From assembly GCA_019561615.1 (NCBI GenBank), contig JAHEQA010000008.1:1-35170 (forward strand): DNA of 35,170 nt, written 5' to 3'. Position numbers and translations under genes: made by a program. Shown one piece after another: positions 20,279 to 29,778 of the stretch. Within the stretch, counting starts at the first letter, position 1, and each line of letters opens with the position of its first letter. The notes beneath the pieces were generated by a model. That model had not been told where the DNA came from. It did not search any database and was given only the letters and a program-made list of their open reading frames with translations. This stretch comes from Methanothermococcus sp. SCGC AD-155-E23 (GTDB taxonomy: Archaea > AGJL01 > Methanococci > Methanococcales > Methanococcaceae).

Positions 20279-20578
20279 TTACCTTAAATCCTCAAGAGAT
20301 CTGTCACAGAGGTCTATAATCTCCCTTAAAGCCTCCTTAAGGACCTCTAGAGGATCCACACCCTCCTTAGTTATAATTGTTATCCTTGGGTTGGATATGT
20401 ATCTACCAGTTTCAGGGTCTAAAACAGGATGTTCTATACAGTAGGAGGCCATAACAACCTTGTCCTCCTTTCTCAGTAAGAGATCCTTAAGGAGATTACA
20501 GAGTGAGTGGTCCTCATTTACAATCTCCAACTCTATACTGTTCTCATCCCTACTTATTATCTTCACATATTCGCCCAT
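20279..20578 (-). CDS. rpoL: DNA-directed RNA polymerase subunit L (Rpo11)
   Basis: NEDHSLCNLL, ASYCIEHP, 99 aa. Confidence 0.92.
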   Translation of the reverse strand: MGEYVKIISRDENSIELEIVNEDHSLCNLLKDLLLRKEDKVVMASYCIEHPVLDPETGRYISNPRITIITKEGVDPLEVLKEALREIIDLCDRSLEDLR

Positions 20579-21203
20579 CCTCTCCCTCCTTCAAGTAGTA
20601 CTCCTTTATAAGTTTAGGGTCCCTATTTAGGTGTATGGTACCATCCTCCTCTACCCTAAAGAAACCCTGCTCGATACACTCCTCTACAATATCCTCCACA
20701 TCCCTCTTTGTGAGATAGGATAGGAGGATTATTAAGTTCTTCACAGGTTTAGAACCTATCTTCATGGTACTTAGTCTTGGATCACTGTGTATACTACTTA
20801 ACTCCTCCAAGATCTTGTTGAACTCGTCATAGGACAACTTACACTTTATACTACCACTATCTTTCTTGTATCTGTAGTCAATATTTAGCATATTCAAGGT
20901 CTCCAGTATAAGGTCTTTACTTATGGGGTATCTTAATTCAGATAGTTGGAACTCGTAGTATCCCCTTGGATCTGGGTGATACCTCTTGTGTATCTTGTTT
21001 ATTAGGGTCATCACAGTTCTATAGTCCTCTATAAGTTTGTCCTTGTCGTAGCCGTATATCTTTATCCTGAAGGTGTTTATATCCTCCTCCTCGCTGTACA
21101 CCGTCTTTGACTCTACGGAACAGTTAATGTCCATCTTGGTTATCTCGTTACAGAAATCTACTATCTCCCTATTTGTAGCCCTTAAACTTATAATCTTCTT
21201 CAT
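20550..21203 (-). CDS. Conserved archaeal hypothetical protein (possibly DUF2067)
   Basis: 217-aa ORF with RBS GGTGGAG, overlapping the rpoL start by 29 nt. Family guess rests on size and rpoL linkage. Confidence 0.65.
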   Translation of the reverse strand: MKKIISLRATNREIVDFCNEITKMDINCSVESKTVYSEEEDINTFRIKIYGYDKDKLIEDYRTVMTLINKIHKRYHPDPRGYYEFQLSELRYPISKDLILETLNMLNIDYRYKKDSGSIKCKLSYDEFNKILEELSSIHSDPRLSTMKIGSKPVKNLIILLSYLTKRDVEDIVEECIEQGFFRVEEDGTIHLNRDPKLIKEYYLKEGEDGRICEDNK

Positions 21204-21211
21204 ACTCCCAC

Positions 21212-22006
21212 CTAGAGGTATACAATACTGTAGAAGTCCTTGTAGAGTGAAACCTTCAATCCAATCTTGGCTGCAATGGTCTTAACCCCAGTACTCTCTA
21301 GGATATACTTACACTCCCCTATCACATTTGTCATCTTTAGACCCATATGATTCATAATAACTAACTCAGGCTTTTTATTCATACTCTCCAGGAGATCTAC
21401 CACATCCTCTGAGCACAGGTGTCCCCTTATCCTCTTTCCCCTCTCCCTCATAACGTTGGCTACAAGTACCCTAACTCCGTCGAAGTCCTGGGAGAGGGAG
21501 TCTATCTTTTCAGTATCTCCCGTGTATCCAATATCCCCCCTGTATGTACTAACCCTTAGACCTATACCAAAGGGGTCTCCATGTTTTGTCTTCGTACCAG
21601 TTAACTTTACATCGTAGATACTTACAGACTCTCCAGGGTTTAGTATGTGGACACCTTCACACATGGACTGATGGTACTTGGATATTGCATTCTCGTACTT
21701 GCCAAACCCCTCTAAAACAGAGAGATTACTTACAATATACCCTCTCTTCTTTGTCATCCCCCTGGTCATGGCCTCCACTACTACCTCTGCATCTGTATAG
21801 TGATCTGGATGGTCATGGGATACAAAGAGGATGTTGGTATCCAGGGGATTTATCTTCAAATCCCTCATCCTAACTAGGGTTCCAGGACCTGGATCTATAT
21901 GTAACCTGGTTTTTTCCGTATGTATTCTAAAACCTCCAGTACCCTTGTTCTGATATATGGTCTCCCACCTACCTCCTCCAGCACCTAAAAATATTATATC
22001 CACCAA
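21212..22006 (-). CDS. MBL-fold metallo-hydrolase
   Basis: FLGAGGGR, IDPGPG, SHDHPDH (HxHxDH), KHGD, YTGDT, GHL, NH. Confidence 0.9.
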   Translation of the reverse strand: MVDIIFLGAGGGRWETIYQNKGTGGFRIHTEKTRLHIDPGPGTLVRMRDLKINPLDTNILFVSHDHPDHYTDAEVVVEAMTRGMTKKRGYIVSNLSVLEGFGKYENAISKYHQSMCEGVHILNPGESVSIYDVKLTGTKTKHGDPFGIGLRVSTYRGDIGYTGDTEKIDSLSQDFDGVRVLVANVMRERGKRIRGHLCSEDVVDLLESMNKKPELVIMNHMGLKMTNVIGECKYILESTGVKTIAAKIGLKVSLYKDFYSIVYL

Positions 22007-22049
22007 GATACCACATCCCTAATTTTAATAGTTAAAAAAGTGGTTGTGG

Positions 22050-22556
22050 TCAATGGATATAGATAACTGAGATATTCTCTACAACACCTTCAATCTCAAC
22101 AACAATGTAAGGACTGGTTACAACAGGATCCTCTTTACAGATCTCTTTGATGTAGAGGGTTATATTACCTTCACTGTGCTCTACAACCTTCTCTACTGAG
22201 AGATGGCAGTCAAAGGGTTTCTTTCCTCCGTATATAAATATGAGAGTTCTATTCTTCAATATATCCAAATAGAGGTAGTGGGCTGGATCCTCCCTGTCAC
22301 TATGTATTCCATACTCTAAAATAGTGTAGTTTACTATTCTAGGATACCTTATATATATTTTGTCCTCACCTCTATTAGGAGCTTCTATCTCTCCTCTGGT
22401 ATGGTATATTTCCCTATCTGTGTTGACAGTTGTTTCAACTTTCTCACCAGTATCAATTTCACTGCTGGTTTCTAAGATTATCCCTTCCTCCTTGTAATCC
22501 ATACAACAAGATAACAGGTTAATTATTACCAACAGGATAACAACTCTAATATTCAT
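22050..22556 (-). CDS. Putative lipoprotein with PrcB C-terminal-like domain
   Basis: Signal peptide MNIRVVILLVIINLLSCC; C-terminal GKKP....SVEKV...VVTSPYIVVEI resembles PrcB_C. Start trimmed to ATG 22556. Confidence 0.55.
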   Translation of the reverse strand: MNIRVVILLVIINLLSCCMDYKEEGIILETSSEIDTGEKVETTVNTDREIYHTRGEIEAPNRGEDKIYIRYPRIVNYTILEYGIHSDREDPAHYLYLDILKNRTLIFIYGGKKPFDCHLSVEKVVEHSEGNITLYIKEICKEDPVVTSPYIVVEIEGVVENISVIYIH

Positions 22557-22557
22557 C

Positions 22558-23364
22558 CTATCTTCCAAACCTCCTTACCCTCCTTTGATAATCCCTTATT
22601 GCCCTGAGGAAATCGATCTTCCTAAACTTAGGCCAGTAGATATCACAGAAGTAAAGTTCTGAGTAACTTGACTGCCATATTAGGAAGTTACTTATCCTCT
22701 CCTCCCCAGAGGTCCTTATTATTAGATCTGGATCTGGGTGGGGAAGGTCAGCTGTATATAGGTGCTGGGAGATGGTCTCCACAGTAATATCTTCAATATC
22801 CAATTGATTCTTTTTCACCTTTTCTGCAATCTTCTTAACGGCATCTACTAACTCCTGCCTACCTCCATATGCAATAGCTACGTTGACCCTGTATCTCCTG
22901 TAATTTTTAGTCCTCTCCTCTGCATACCTTATAGCCTCCTGTACCCTCTTGGGGAGTAGGTGCAACCTACCTATGGCCTTTATATTGATCTCATATCTGT
23001 GTACATCTGGATCCTCTGCAATGGATCTAAACTCCCTCTCAAATAGATCCATGAGGGCCTCTACCTCCTCCTTAGGTCTATGAAAGTTCTCCAGGGAGAA
23101 GGAGTAGAGGGTAACTGTCTGGATATTTAAATCGATACACCACCTTATAAATTCCCTTACCTTCTTAGCCCCTAGGTAATGTCCCTTAATAGGTTTCTCC
23201 CCCAGTAATCTTGCCAACCTCCTGTTCCCATCCATTATAACCCCTACATGTTTTGGAACCTTATCCCTGTCAATCTTCCTCTCAAGTATCTTCTCGTAGA
23301 TCTTCGATATCCCTACTTCGTTGAAAAAATCGTAAATTTTCATAAGTAAGGACAAAATTACCAC
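22558..23364 (-). CDS. uppS: cis-Prenyltransferase (undecaprenyl-diphosphate synthase family)
   Basis: HVGVIMDGNRR, YSFSLENF.RP..EV, AIAYGGR.E, IRTSGEERISNFLIWQ. Confidence 0.96.
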   Translation of the reverse strand: MVILSLLMKIYDFFNEVGISKIYEKILERKIDRDKVPKHVGVIMDGNRRLARLLGEKPIKGHYLGAKKVREFIRWCIDLNIQTVTLYSFSLENFHRPKEEVEALMDLFEREFRSIAEDPDVHRYEINIKAIGRLHLLPKRVQEAIRYAEERTKNYRRYRVNVAIAYGGRQELVDAVKKIAEKVKKNQLDIEDITVETISQHLYTADLPHPDPDLIIRTSGEERISNFLIWQSSYSELYFCDIYWPKFRKIDFLRAIRDYQRRVRRFGR

Positions 23365-23379
23365 CAGGAAAAATAGTTT

Positions 23380-24111
23380 TTATCTAAGGTTTTTCAGGAA
23401 TTTCACACTGTTGTAGTACCTATCCCAGGTGCCACTTCTACTGGTATCTATAAACCTTATCCTCTTCTTACTTAGTACTAGGGCTCCACATCCTTCCACT
23501 CCACATACAAGGGCCAGGGATCTAAAGATAAGGTTACCTGAGATGCCATCTGGAGCCAGTATGACGTTGAAACCCTCCTTTAAGTACTCCTCCAACACTA
23601 TCCCCCTATGCTCTATATGAACATTGTACTTTTTACCTATATACCTCACTACCTCTAAAGCCTCATCTATAGACCTGTCTATCCTCTCACTTCTCCCGTA
23701 GTCAGAGGGTCTTCCCCCAGAGAGTACACCTATCTTCACATCCCTAAATATGTCACTGTTCCTAAGAAAGTCCAGGATGTACTCTATTATAGTTACCTTA
23801 TCTTTGAAACTCTCTTCTCCTATCTCGTCTATACCTACAGGGGCTAGAAGGAAGTATTCTCTGTTAAAGGGATTCCTCAGTATGGAGGCCCTGTAGAACC
23901 TTCCTATACATTCCCTTAAATAGGGTATAACCTCTGAGGAGGATAGGGTTCCCCTTATCCCCCCAAGCACTTCACCCCTCAATACAGCATCCACCAGCTC
24001 CTCTGGATCTTCCACAAGTTCTACCTCTATACCTTCACTTAAGAGTTTTCTATAGGCCTTTAGCAACTCTTCACTGTTTTTATTTCTATAGTCTATCCCC
24101 ATGAGATACAT
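23380..24111 (-). CDS. mtxX: Methanogenesis marker protein Mmp4 / MtxX
   Basis: IRGTLSS, LAPVGIDE, LSGGR..DYGRS, APDGISGNLIFR, DTSR. Confidence 0.85.
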   Translation of the reverse strand: MYLMGIDYRNKNSEELLKAYRKLLSEGIEVELVEDPEELVDAVLRGEVLGGIRGTLSSSEVIPYLRECIGRFYRASILRNPFNREYFLLAPVGIDEIGEESFKDKVTIIEYILDFLRNSDIFRDVKIGVLSGGRPSDYGRSERIDRSIDEALEVVRYIGKKYNVHIEHRGIVLEEYLKEGFNVILAPDGISGNLIFRSLALVCGVEGCGALVLSKKRIRFIDTSRSGTWDRYYNSVKFLKNLR

Positions 24112-24113
24112 AG

Positions 24114-24368
24114 TTACTCCTCTACTTCATCAAACCTCTGGGTCCTAAGTACTGTAAAGGCAAAGAAGGCTGGAAGTATAGCACCTCCAAGTATGGCCTC
24201 AGTTAGGGCAACATCTGGAGCCAGGAGGGAGGTGAATATATAGGCTAGTCCTAAACCTCCCAGTCCTGTGAGGACTACACATTTAATAAGATCCTTCTGG
24301 GTTAAGGCACCAAGGTAGGAGAGTACAATAAGTATTAGAACTGCCCCATCTATTACACTTAGAGGCAT
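24114..24368 (-). CDS. ehbD: Small membrane subunit (DUF4040/MnhB-related), probable energy-converting hydrogenase B subunit D
   Basis: Three hydrophobic segments and LLAPDVALTEAILG motif; paired with an MnhG-like gene. Confidence 0.7.
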   Translation of the reverse strand: MPLSVIDGAVLILIVLSYLGALTQKDLIKCVVLTGLGGLGLAYIFTSLLAPDVALTEAILGGAILPAFFAFTVLRTQRFDEVEE

Positions 24369-24371
24369 ACC

Positions 24372-24656
24372 TTAACACCTTAACTTTTTTACCTTCTTCT
24401 TTCTCATCCTGTCGTAGTAGTCTGCATTGGCTATGGCATGGGCTGCAAAGGGGGAGAGGATAAGGTAGAGAAGTGCTAGAAGTGGACGATTTAAAAGGAG
24501 CATTATAAGTATACAGGCCAGGTCTATAACACCTGCTATATGGATACGGGCATAGACTATGTTCTTTCCATCCTTCATAACCCATAGTCTATAGGATGCC
24601 AGTAGTATCCCCAATGATGCTATTAGGAGTAGTACCTCCTTAATGGGGATGTACAT
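24372..24656 (-). CDS. ehbC: MnhG/PhaG-like membrane subunit, probable energy-converting hydrogenase B subunit C
   Basis: YARIHIAGVID and SPFAAHAIANA motifs of the MnhG family. Confidence 0.7.
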   Translation of the reverse strand: MYIPIKEVLLLIASLGILLASYRLWVMKDGKNIVYARIHIAGVIDLACILIMLLLNRPLLALLYLILSPFAAHAIANADYYDRMRKKKVKKLRC

Positions 24657-24676
24657 ATCCTACACCTCAGTTATAA

Positions 24677-25780
24677 TTATAAAAACCTTGTTAATCTAAT
24701 GGCATTAAATCTACACATCTCGTGGCAACAGTAGCAGTTTATACACTTCTTCCTATCTATCTCCAAGTTATCTAAAGAGATAGCTCCTACAGGACATATC
24801 TTCTCACATACACCACATCTTCTACATCTCCTCCTATCTATCCTAGGTTTCTCTATCATAGTAGAGAATATCAACTTCAGGATAAAAGGAGGTAGTATGG
24901 ATGTGAGATAGAAGGTAAGTGGTTTTCTAAACTTTATCCTGGGAACATCCTTTAAATCCCTTCTTTTAACATCCTCTTCAACCTCTAGAATCTCCAAATC
25001 GTCCTTCCAGTTATATCTCTCACCAATTAAGATCCTGTTGGTTAGGACATCTGTAGGGTTGTATCCTATGTAGTAGGTTGCAAGGATATCCAATGCCAGG
25101 GCATCCCTAGAGGCTATTACCACCTTGGAGTTTACAGGTCTTCCATTACTTGGGCCGTTACCCTCCATTCCCCAGATACCATCTATTACAGAGACTATCT
25201 CTCTCCCCTTTACTAGAAATCTGTATAGCTCCACTAGAAGTTGTGCAAAATCCTGCTCCCTGGGAAAGTACTTATGAAGTTTTGGTTTCAATCCTCCAGG
25301 TATACAGCCGTATAGATTTTTAACAGCCCCAGTGTATCTAGTGAGGACATGGGTTTTCAACTTTGGCAGGTTTACTATCAGATCACTGTCCATTACAGTC
25401 TTTGAAATTACCAGGGAGGTATTTAACAACTTTACCTTTACACCTCTGTCCCTCTCAAAGGGTAAAAAAGAGATATGGTATTTCTCACAGATATCCTTTA
25501 TCCTGGAAACCTCATAGGCCCTCTCGGTGGAGAAACCTGAGGACTCTCCCACCACAATCCTATCCCTCTCTACCCCTCTCACCTCTATTAGATAGCTCAG
25601 GATCCACTCTAGAAAGGCTGGATGTGTGGTTACATGTTTATCTGGTGGATAGGGCCCTAATATGTTAGGTTTTACAAGTATCCTGTTATACCCTTCTAGG
25701 TTGTCAAAGGTTAGATCCAGTAGGTTGTACCTCCTTTTAAGGAGGTTGTAGTCCTCAACAATACTGTAGTATACCTTCAT
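24677..25780 (-). CDS. DUF362 domain protein with C-terminal 2[4Fe-4S] ferredoxin domain
   Basis: ILVKPN, TTHP, NLPKLKTH, TGAVKNLYG, DGIWGMEGNGP; CRRCGVCEKICP and CINCYCCHEMC. Confidence 0.9.
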   Translation of the reverse strand: MKVYYSIVEDYNLLKRRYNLLDLTFDNLEGYNRILVKPNILGPYPPDKHVTTHPAFLEWILSYLIEVRGVERDRIVVGESSGFSTERAYEVSRIKDICEKYHISFLPFERDRGVKVKLLNTSLVISKTVMDSDLIVNLPKLKTHVLTRYTGAVKNLYGCIPGGLKPKLHKYFPREQDFAQLLVELYRFLVKGREIVSVIDGIWGMEGNGPSNGRPVNSKVVIASRDALALDILATYYIGYNPTDVLTNRILIGERYNWKDDLEILEVEEDVKRRDLKDVPRIKFRKPLTFYLTSILPPFILKLIFSTMIEKPRIDRRRCRRCGVCEKICPVGAISLDNLEIDRKKCINCYCCHEMCRFNAIRLTRFL

Positions 25781-25803
25781 CCTTACACCTAAGAGGGATT
25801 AGT

Positions 25804-26379
25804 ATGGATGCAGTCAGTACTATGGAGGAGATACTTAGAAGGATAATATCTCTAAGAAAAAATCTTGAGGAGGATTTGAAACATATATCCCATCATATCC
25901 AGAAAATGGATGAGGAGGTATTCAACTTTGTAGTATCCAGGCTTAAAAAGGAGATTGAAATTGTTAAGAGGTATAAACCTCCAGTTAGACCTGCCATAGA
26001 TCCCCTGGTATCCTCCTACCTAGGTGTCTACTCTGGATTGGAGTTTGCAGGGGAGTACGGGAAGTTGATGGGATATCCAAGTTGCTGCATTGAATCCTTT
26101 AAATCTGTAAGGTTTGCCATAGATGAAGAGCACCTTAAGGAGGCTGAAAGTTTTAAAGGAGAGGGAAAATTTGCTGTAGTGATAACCTCAGGTTTTATAC
26201 CCTGTAGTTTAAAATGTAGGGAGGCCTGGAGAAGGTGTCTTATAGGTGTAGTATCCCAGAGGGAGTATAAGAGGATAATTAAGTTAGAGGAGGAGTTGTC
26301 TAGAGAACTTCCCCATTACCACGGTGGATATACTGAGTACTACGAGAAGATAGTACTTTTATCTCCTACTTCCAGATAA
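25804..26379 (+). CDS. Conserved hypothetical protein (DUF483-like)
   Basis: [29 protein letters not shown]; normal codon style; RBS GAGGGA. Confidence 0.72.
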   Translation: MDAVSTMEEILRRIISLRKNLEEDLKHISHHIQKMDEEVFNFVVSRLKKEIEIVKRYKPPVRPAIDPLVSSYLGVYSGLEFAGEYGKLMGYPSCCIESFKSVRFAIDEEHLKEAESFKGEGKFAVVITSGFIPCSLKCREAWRRCLIGVVSQREYKRIIKLEEELSRELPHYHGGYTEYYEKIVLLSPTSR

Positions 26380-29026
26380 TGGCAACCCCATCTACAACCC
26401 CCTCTATATCTACGGCATCTACCATTTCACCCTCACTGAAGAGTGCCCTCTTAAGGGACTTGATATGCTCCCTACATATTAGACCAAACTCAGTTTCAAC
26501 ACCCTCCTGAAGTATCCTCTCAATGGTCTCCTCCTCTGCATTTTTTATAAAGTCCATAACCTTCTTAGAATCCTTTTTAAACTGTGGACCTATCTTGGAT
26601 TTGTCAGGTACAACCTCTACTATCTTCTGCTCCAACTTAGGTTTACCCTGTATAACCTTTAACTCCTGGATATTTAACGTTCCCTTTATATCCCTCACAA
26701 CCTTTAACATCCTCTCGTAATCCATCTTATCCAGGAGGTATATCTCAACCCTTCTCAAGGGGGCATTTAGAGGCATACCCCTCTGGGCCTTGTACCTCCT
26801 TATAGAGGCTACCACCTTCTTAGCCAACTCTCCAACACTCTCCATCTCCTCATCTATCATATCCTCCTGGACCTTACACCAACTGGTATGGAGGTTCTCC
26901 ACCTTGTAAATATCTCCCACTATCTGGGCGAAGTGTGGGGCAAAGGGTGCCAGGAGTCTTAAAACGTTAGTTATCACATAGTAGAGGGTATATAGACAGT
27001 GGAACCTATCCCTCTCAGCCTCCTCCCTGTACAACCTGTACTTAACCATCTCTATGTAGTGGTCACAGAACTCATGCCACAGGAACTTCTGGATGTTAAC
27101 TATGGTGTTAAACCTGTAGTTCTCCAGGTCTTCAGTAACCCTCTTAATAAGTCTATTTAACTTACTTATTATCCAGAGATCCACTGGATTGTCTAGGGTG
27201 ACATTCCCCCTCTCTATAGCTCTCTTTATCTCCTCTATGGTTTTATCCTCCAGGTGCATCTTTGCAAACCTTGCAGCATTCCAGAACTTCCTAAGGAATC
27301 TATAGTTGTAGTCAACGTCCTTCCAGGCAAAGGGTACGTCGTTTCCAAGGGAACTGTTGGCAGCCCACATCCTTAGGGCATCTACCCCATACCTCTCGGT
27401 AATCTCAGAGGGTTCTACTACGTTCCCCCTACTTTTACTCATCTTGTGACCATCCTCTCCAAATACCATACCGTTTATTACTATCTCCTCCCAGGGTTTC
27501 ATACCTGTAAGGGCAATGGACTTTACAATGGTGTAGAAGGCCCAGGTCCTTATAATGTCATGTCCCTGAGGTCTCAGCTGCACTGGGTAGTGCTCCCTGA
27601 AGAAATCCTCGTCCTCCAACCATCCAGTTATTACCATGGGGGTGATGGAGGAGTCCATCCAGGTGTCTAGAACATCCCTCTCAGGTATAAGGTTTTTATT
27701 CCCACATTTACAGGTGTAGGGGCACTCCACTGTAGGATCTATTGGAAGATCCTCCTCCCTGGCAACTATTATCTCTCCACACTCTGGGCAGTACCATACA
27801 GGGATAGGTGTGGCGAATATCCTCTGTCTACTTATACACCAGTCCCAGTCTAAGTCCTCCATCCACTGTAGTAGTCTCTTCTTCATATACTCGGGGGTCC
27901 ACTTGATCTCCTCAACTACCCTCCTGATCTCAGGCATCAACTTCCTTATATTTACAAACCACTGGTCTCCAACGATAATCTCTATGGGGGTTTTACACCT
28001 CCAACATACACCAACCTTCTGTTTTATACGCTCCTGTTTCAGGAGATAACCCTCCCTTCTCAGATCCTCTATTATCCTCTTTCTCGCCTCCTCAGTTTTC
28101 AATCCTGCATACTTGCCACATATCTCTGTAAGTTCCCCCCTCTCATTTATAGCCTTCTTAATCTCAAGTCCATGTCTATTTACCCAGAGGACGTCTGTCT
28201 TGTCTCCAAAGGTACAGACCATGACAACCCCAGTACCAAATTCCCTATCTACATCCTCATCCCCGTACACCTTAACCTCGTAGTTGAAGAGGGGTACCTT
28301 GACAGTCTTTCCAATTACATCCCTGTACCTCTCATCCTCTGGATGTACTACTATACCTACACAGGCAGGTAGAAGTTCAGGCCTGGTAGTTGCCACTACT
28401 AAGTATTTGTCCTCCTCATCTGCATAGGGGAACTTGATGTAATTGAGATAGGTCTCCCTCTCTATGTAGTTTACCTCTGCAAAGGCTATGGCAGTTTGAC
28501 ACCTTGGACACCAGTTGACAGGGTGCTTCCCCCTGTAGATAAGACCATCCCTGTACATCCTAACAAATGCAGTTTGGGACTTCCTGATATACTCAGGTTT
28601 CATGGTGATGTACTCCCTACTCCAGTCTATAGATATACCAAGGGATTTCACCTGTTCCCTCATCTTTTTAATGTTCTCCTCTGTAAGTTTTATACAGAGT
28701 TTTCTAAACTCCTCCCTGTCTACATCAGATTTTGTTATGTTGTAGATCTCCTCAACTTTAACCTCTGTTGGAAGACCATGGCAGTCCCATCCCTGTGGGA
28801 AGAGTACGTCGTAGTTGTTCATCCTTTTAAATCTCGCTATTATATCCATATAGGTCCAGTTTAGGGCATGCCCCAGATGCATACTCCCTGTAGGGTATGG
28901 AGGTGGAGTGTCTATAACGTAGTGAGGTTTATTTTTATCGTTTTTAAACCTGTATATCCCTTCCTCCTCCCATTTCTTCTGTACCTCCTTTTCCAGTTCT
29001 AGTGAATACTCCTTTGGCATCTCCAT
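26366..29026 (-). CDS. valS: Valine--tRNA ligase (archaeal type)
   Basis: [48 protein letters not shown]. Confidence 0.97.
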   Translation of the reverse strand: MEMPKEYSLELEKEVQKKWEEEGIYRFKNDKNKPHYVIDTPPPYPTGSMHLGHALNWTYMDIIARFKRMNNYDVLFPQGWDCHGLPTEVKVEEIYNITKSDVDREEFRKLCIKLTEENIKKMREQVKSLGISIDWSREYITMKPEYIRKSQTAFVRMYRDGLIYRGKHPVNWCPRCQTAIAFAEVNYIERETYLNYIKFPYADEEDKYLVVATTRPELLPACVGIVVHPEDERYRDVIGKTVKVPLFNYEVKVYGDEDVDREFGTGVVMVCTFGDKTDVLWVNRHGLEIKKAINERGELTEICGKYAGLKTEEARKRIIEDLRREGYLLKQERIKQKVGVCWRCKTPIEIIVGDQWFVNIRKLMPEIRRVVEEIKWTPEYMKKRLLQWMEDLDWDWCISRQRIFATPIPVWYCPECGEIIVAREEDLPIDPTVECPYTCKCGNKNLIPERDVLDTWMDSSITPMVITGWLEDEDFFREHYPVQLRPQGHDIIRTWAFYTIVKSIALTGMKPWEEIVINGMVFGEDGHKMSKSRGNVVEPSEITERYGVDALRMWAANSSLGNDVPFAWKDVDYNYRFLRKFWNAARFAKMHLEDKTIEEIKRAIERGNVTLDNPVDLWIISKLNRLIKRVTEDLENYRFNTIVNIQKFLWHEFCDHYIEMVKYRLYREEAERDRFHCLYTLYYVITNVLRLLAPFAPHFAQIVGDIYKVENLHTSWCKVQEDMIDEEMESVGELAKKVVASIRRYKAQRGMPLNAPLRRVEIYLLDKMDYERMLKVVRDIKGTLNIQELKVIQGKPKLEQKIVEVVPDKSKIGPQFKKDSKKVMDFIKNAEEETIERILQEGVETEFGLICREHIKSLKRALFSEGEMVDAVDIEGVVDGVAIIWK

Positions 29027-29151
29027 ATTTCCCCCTCAGATGTTATTTTTTCCGACCATTACTGTAAACTTTAAGTAGGATTAGCAAAAACAAATATAGT
29101 AATAGTTAAATTTTTAGAATTTTAAATAATGCCTGGCCCTGGGGGGTATCT
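29027..29151. promoter_or_regulatory. Divergent promoter region valS / V4R gene
   Basis: 125-nt AT-rich spacer between divergent starts with TATA-like words (TTTAAATA near 29121, TTTAAGTA near 29070); exact elements not resolvable. Confidence 0.4.
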
Positions 29152-29778
29152 ATGGTAGACATCTCCAATTTTTTAAAGAAGATCTTTAAGTTAAAGAAAG
29201 ACAGAGAGGATGGAAATTTAGAGAAAGTTCAGATGGCTACTAATACTAGGGACCAGCAAGATGAAAAGGGAGACACTGATCCTAGCAACAAGGAGGAGAA
29301 ATCTAAGAGTACATATAAGCGACTGTGTTTACCCCTTAACTATGAAGAGCTATCTAGGGTAGACAGACCTACCCTAGGTAGATATGTAGATGTGGTGGTA
29401 TTTAGGGCATTTGTATTTTCTATTATAAAATACTTGGGATTCAACTCTACCCATAAGATATACAGTGCTGGGAAAGGTTTTGGAAAAAGTTTAAGGGTTA
29501 GAACTATGGATGATTTGATCAGGTATTTCAGGGAGCTGGGGATAGGGATTGTAGAGGTGGTGGAGAAAAATCCAGTGCTGAGGATCCGGATATATGAGTC
29601 TGTTTTCTGTTCAGGTTTTCCAAATATTGGTGAATGTGTATGTCACTACGAGAGAGGCATACTTGCAGGATGCCTAGAAAATATACTGAATAAGAAGGTG
29701 GAGGTTGTTGAAACCAGGTGTTGTGCCTGTGGAGATGACTACTGTGAGTTTGAGGTACGTATCCCTGGAGAGAGGTAA
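29152..29778 (+). CDS. V4R domain-containing protein
   Basis: RPTLG, AGKGFG, LGIG, FCSG..CHYERG..AG, VETRCCACGDDYCEF; polar N-terminal linker. Confidence 0.88.
   Translation: MVDISNFLKKIFKLKKDREDGNLEKVQMATNTRDQQDEKGDTDPSNKEEKSKSTYKRLCLPLNYEELSRVDRPTLGRYVDVVVFRAFVFSIIKYLGFNSTHKIYSAGKGFGKSLRVRTMDDLIRYFRELGIGIVEVVEKNPVLRIRIYESVFCSGFPNIGECVCHYERGILAGCLENILNKKVEVVETRCCACGDDYCEFEVRIPGER

Noticed and set aside
24283-24585. 100-aa same-strand alternative-frame ORF over ehbC/ehbD
   Set aside because: Overlaps two motif-supported genes; atypical composition.
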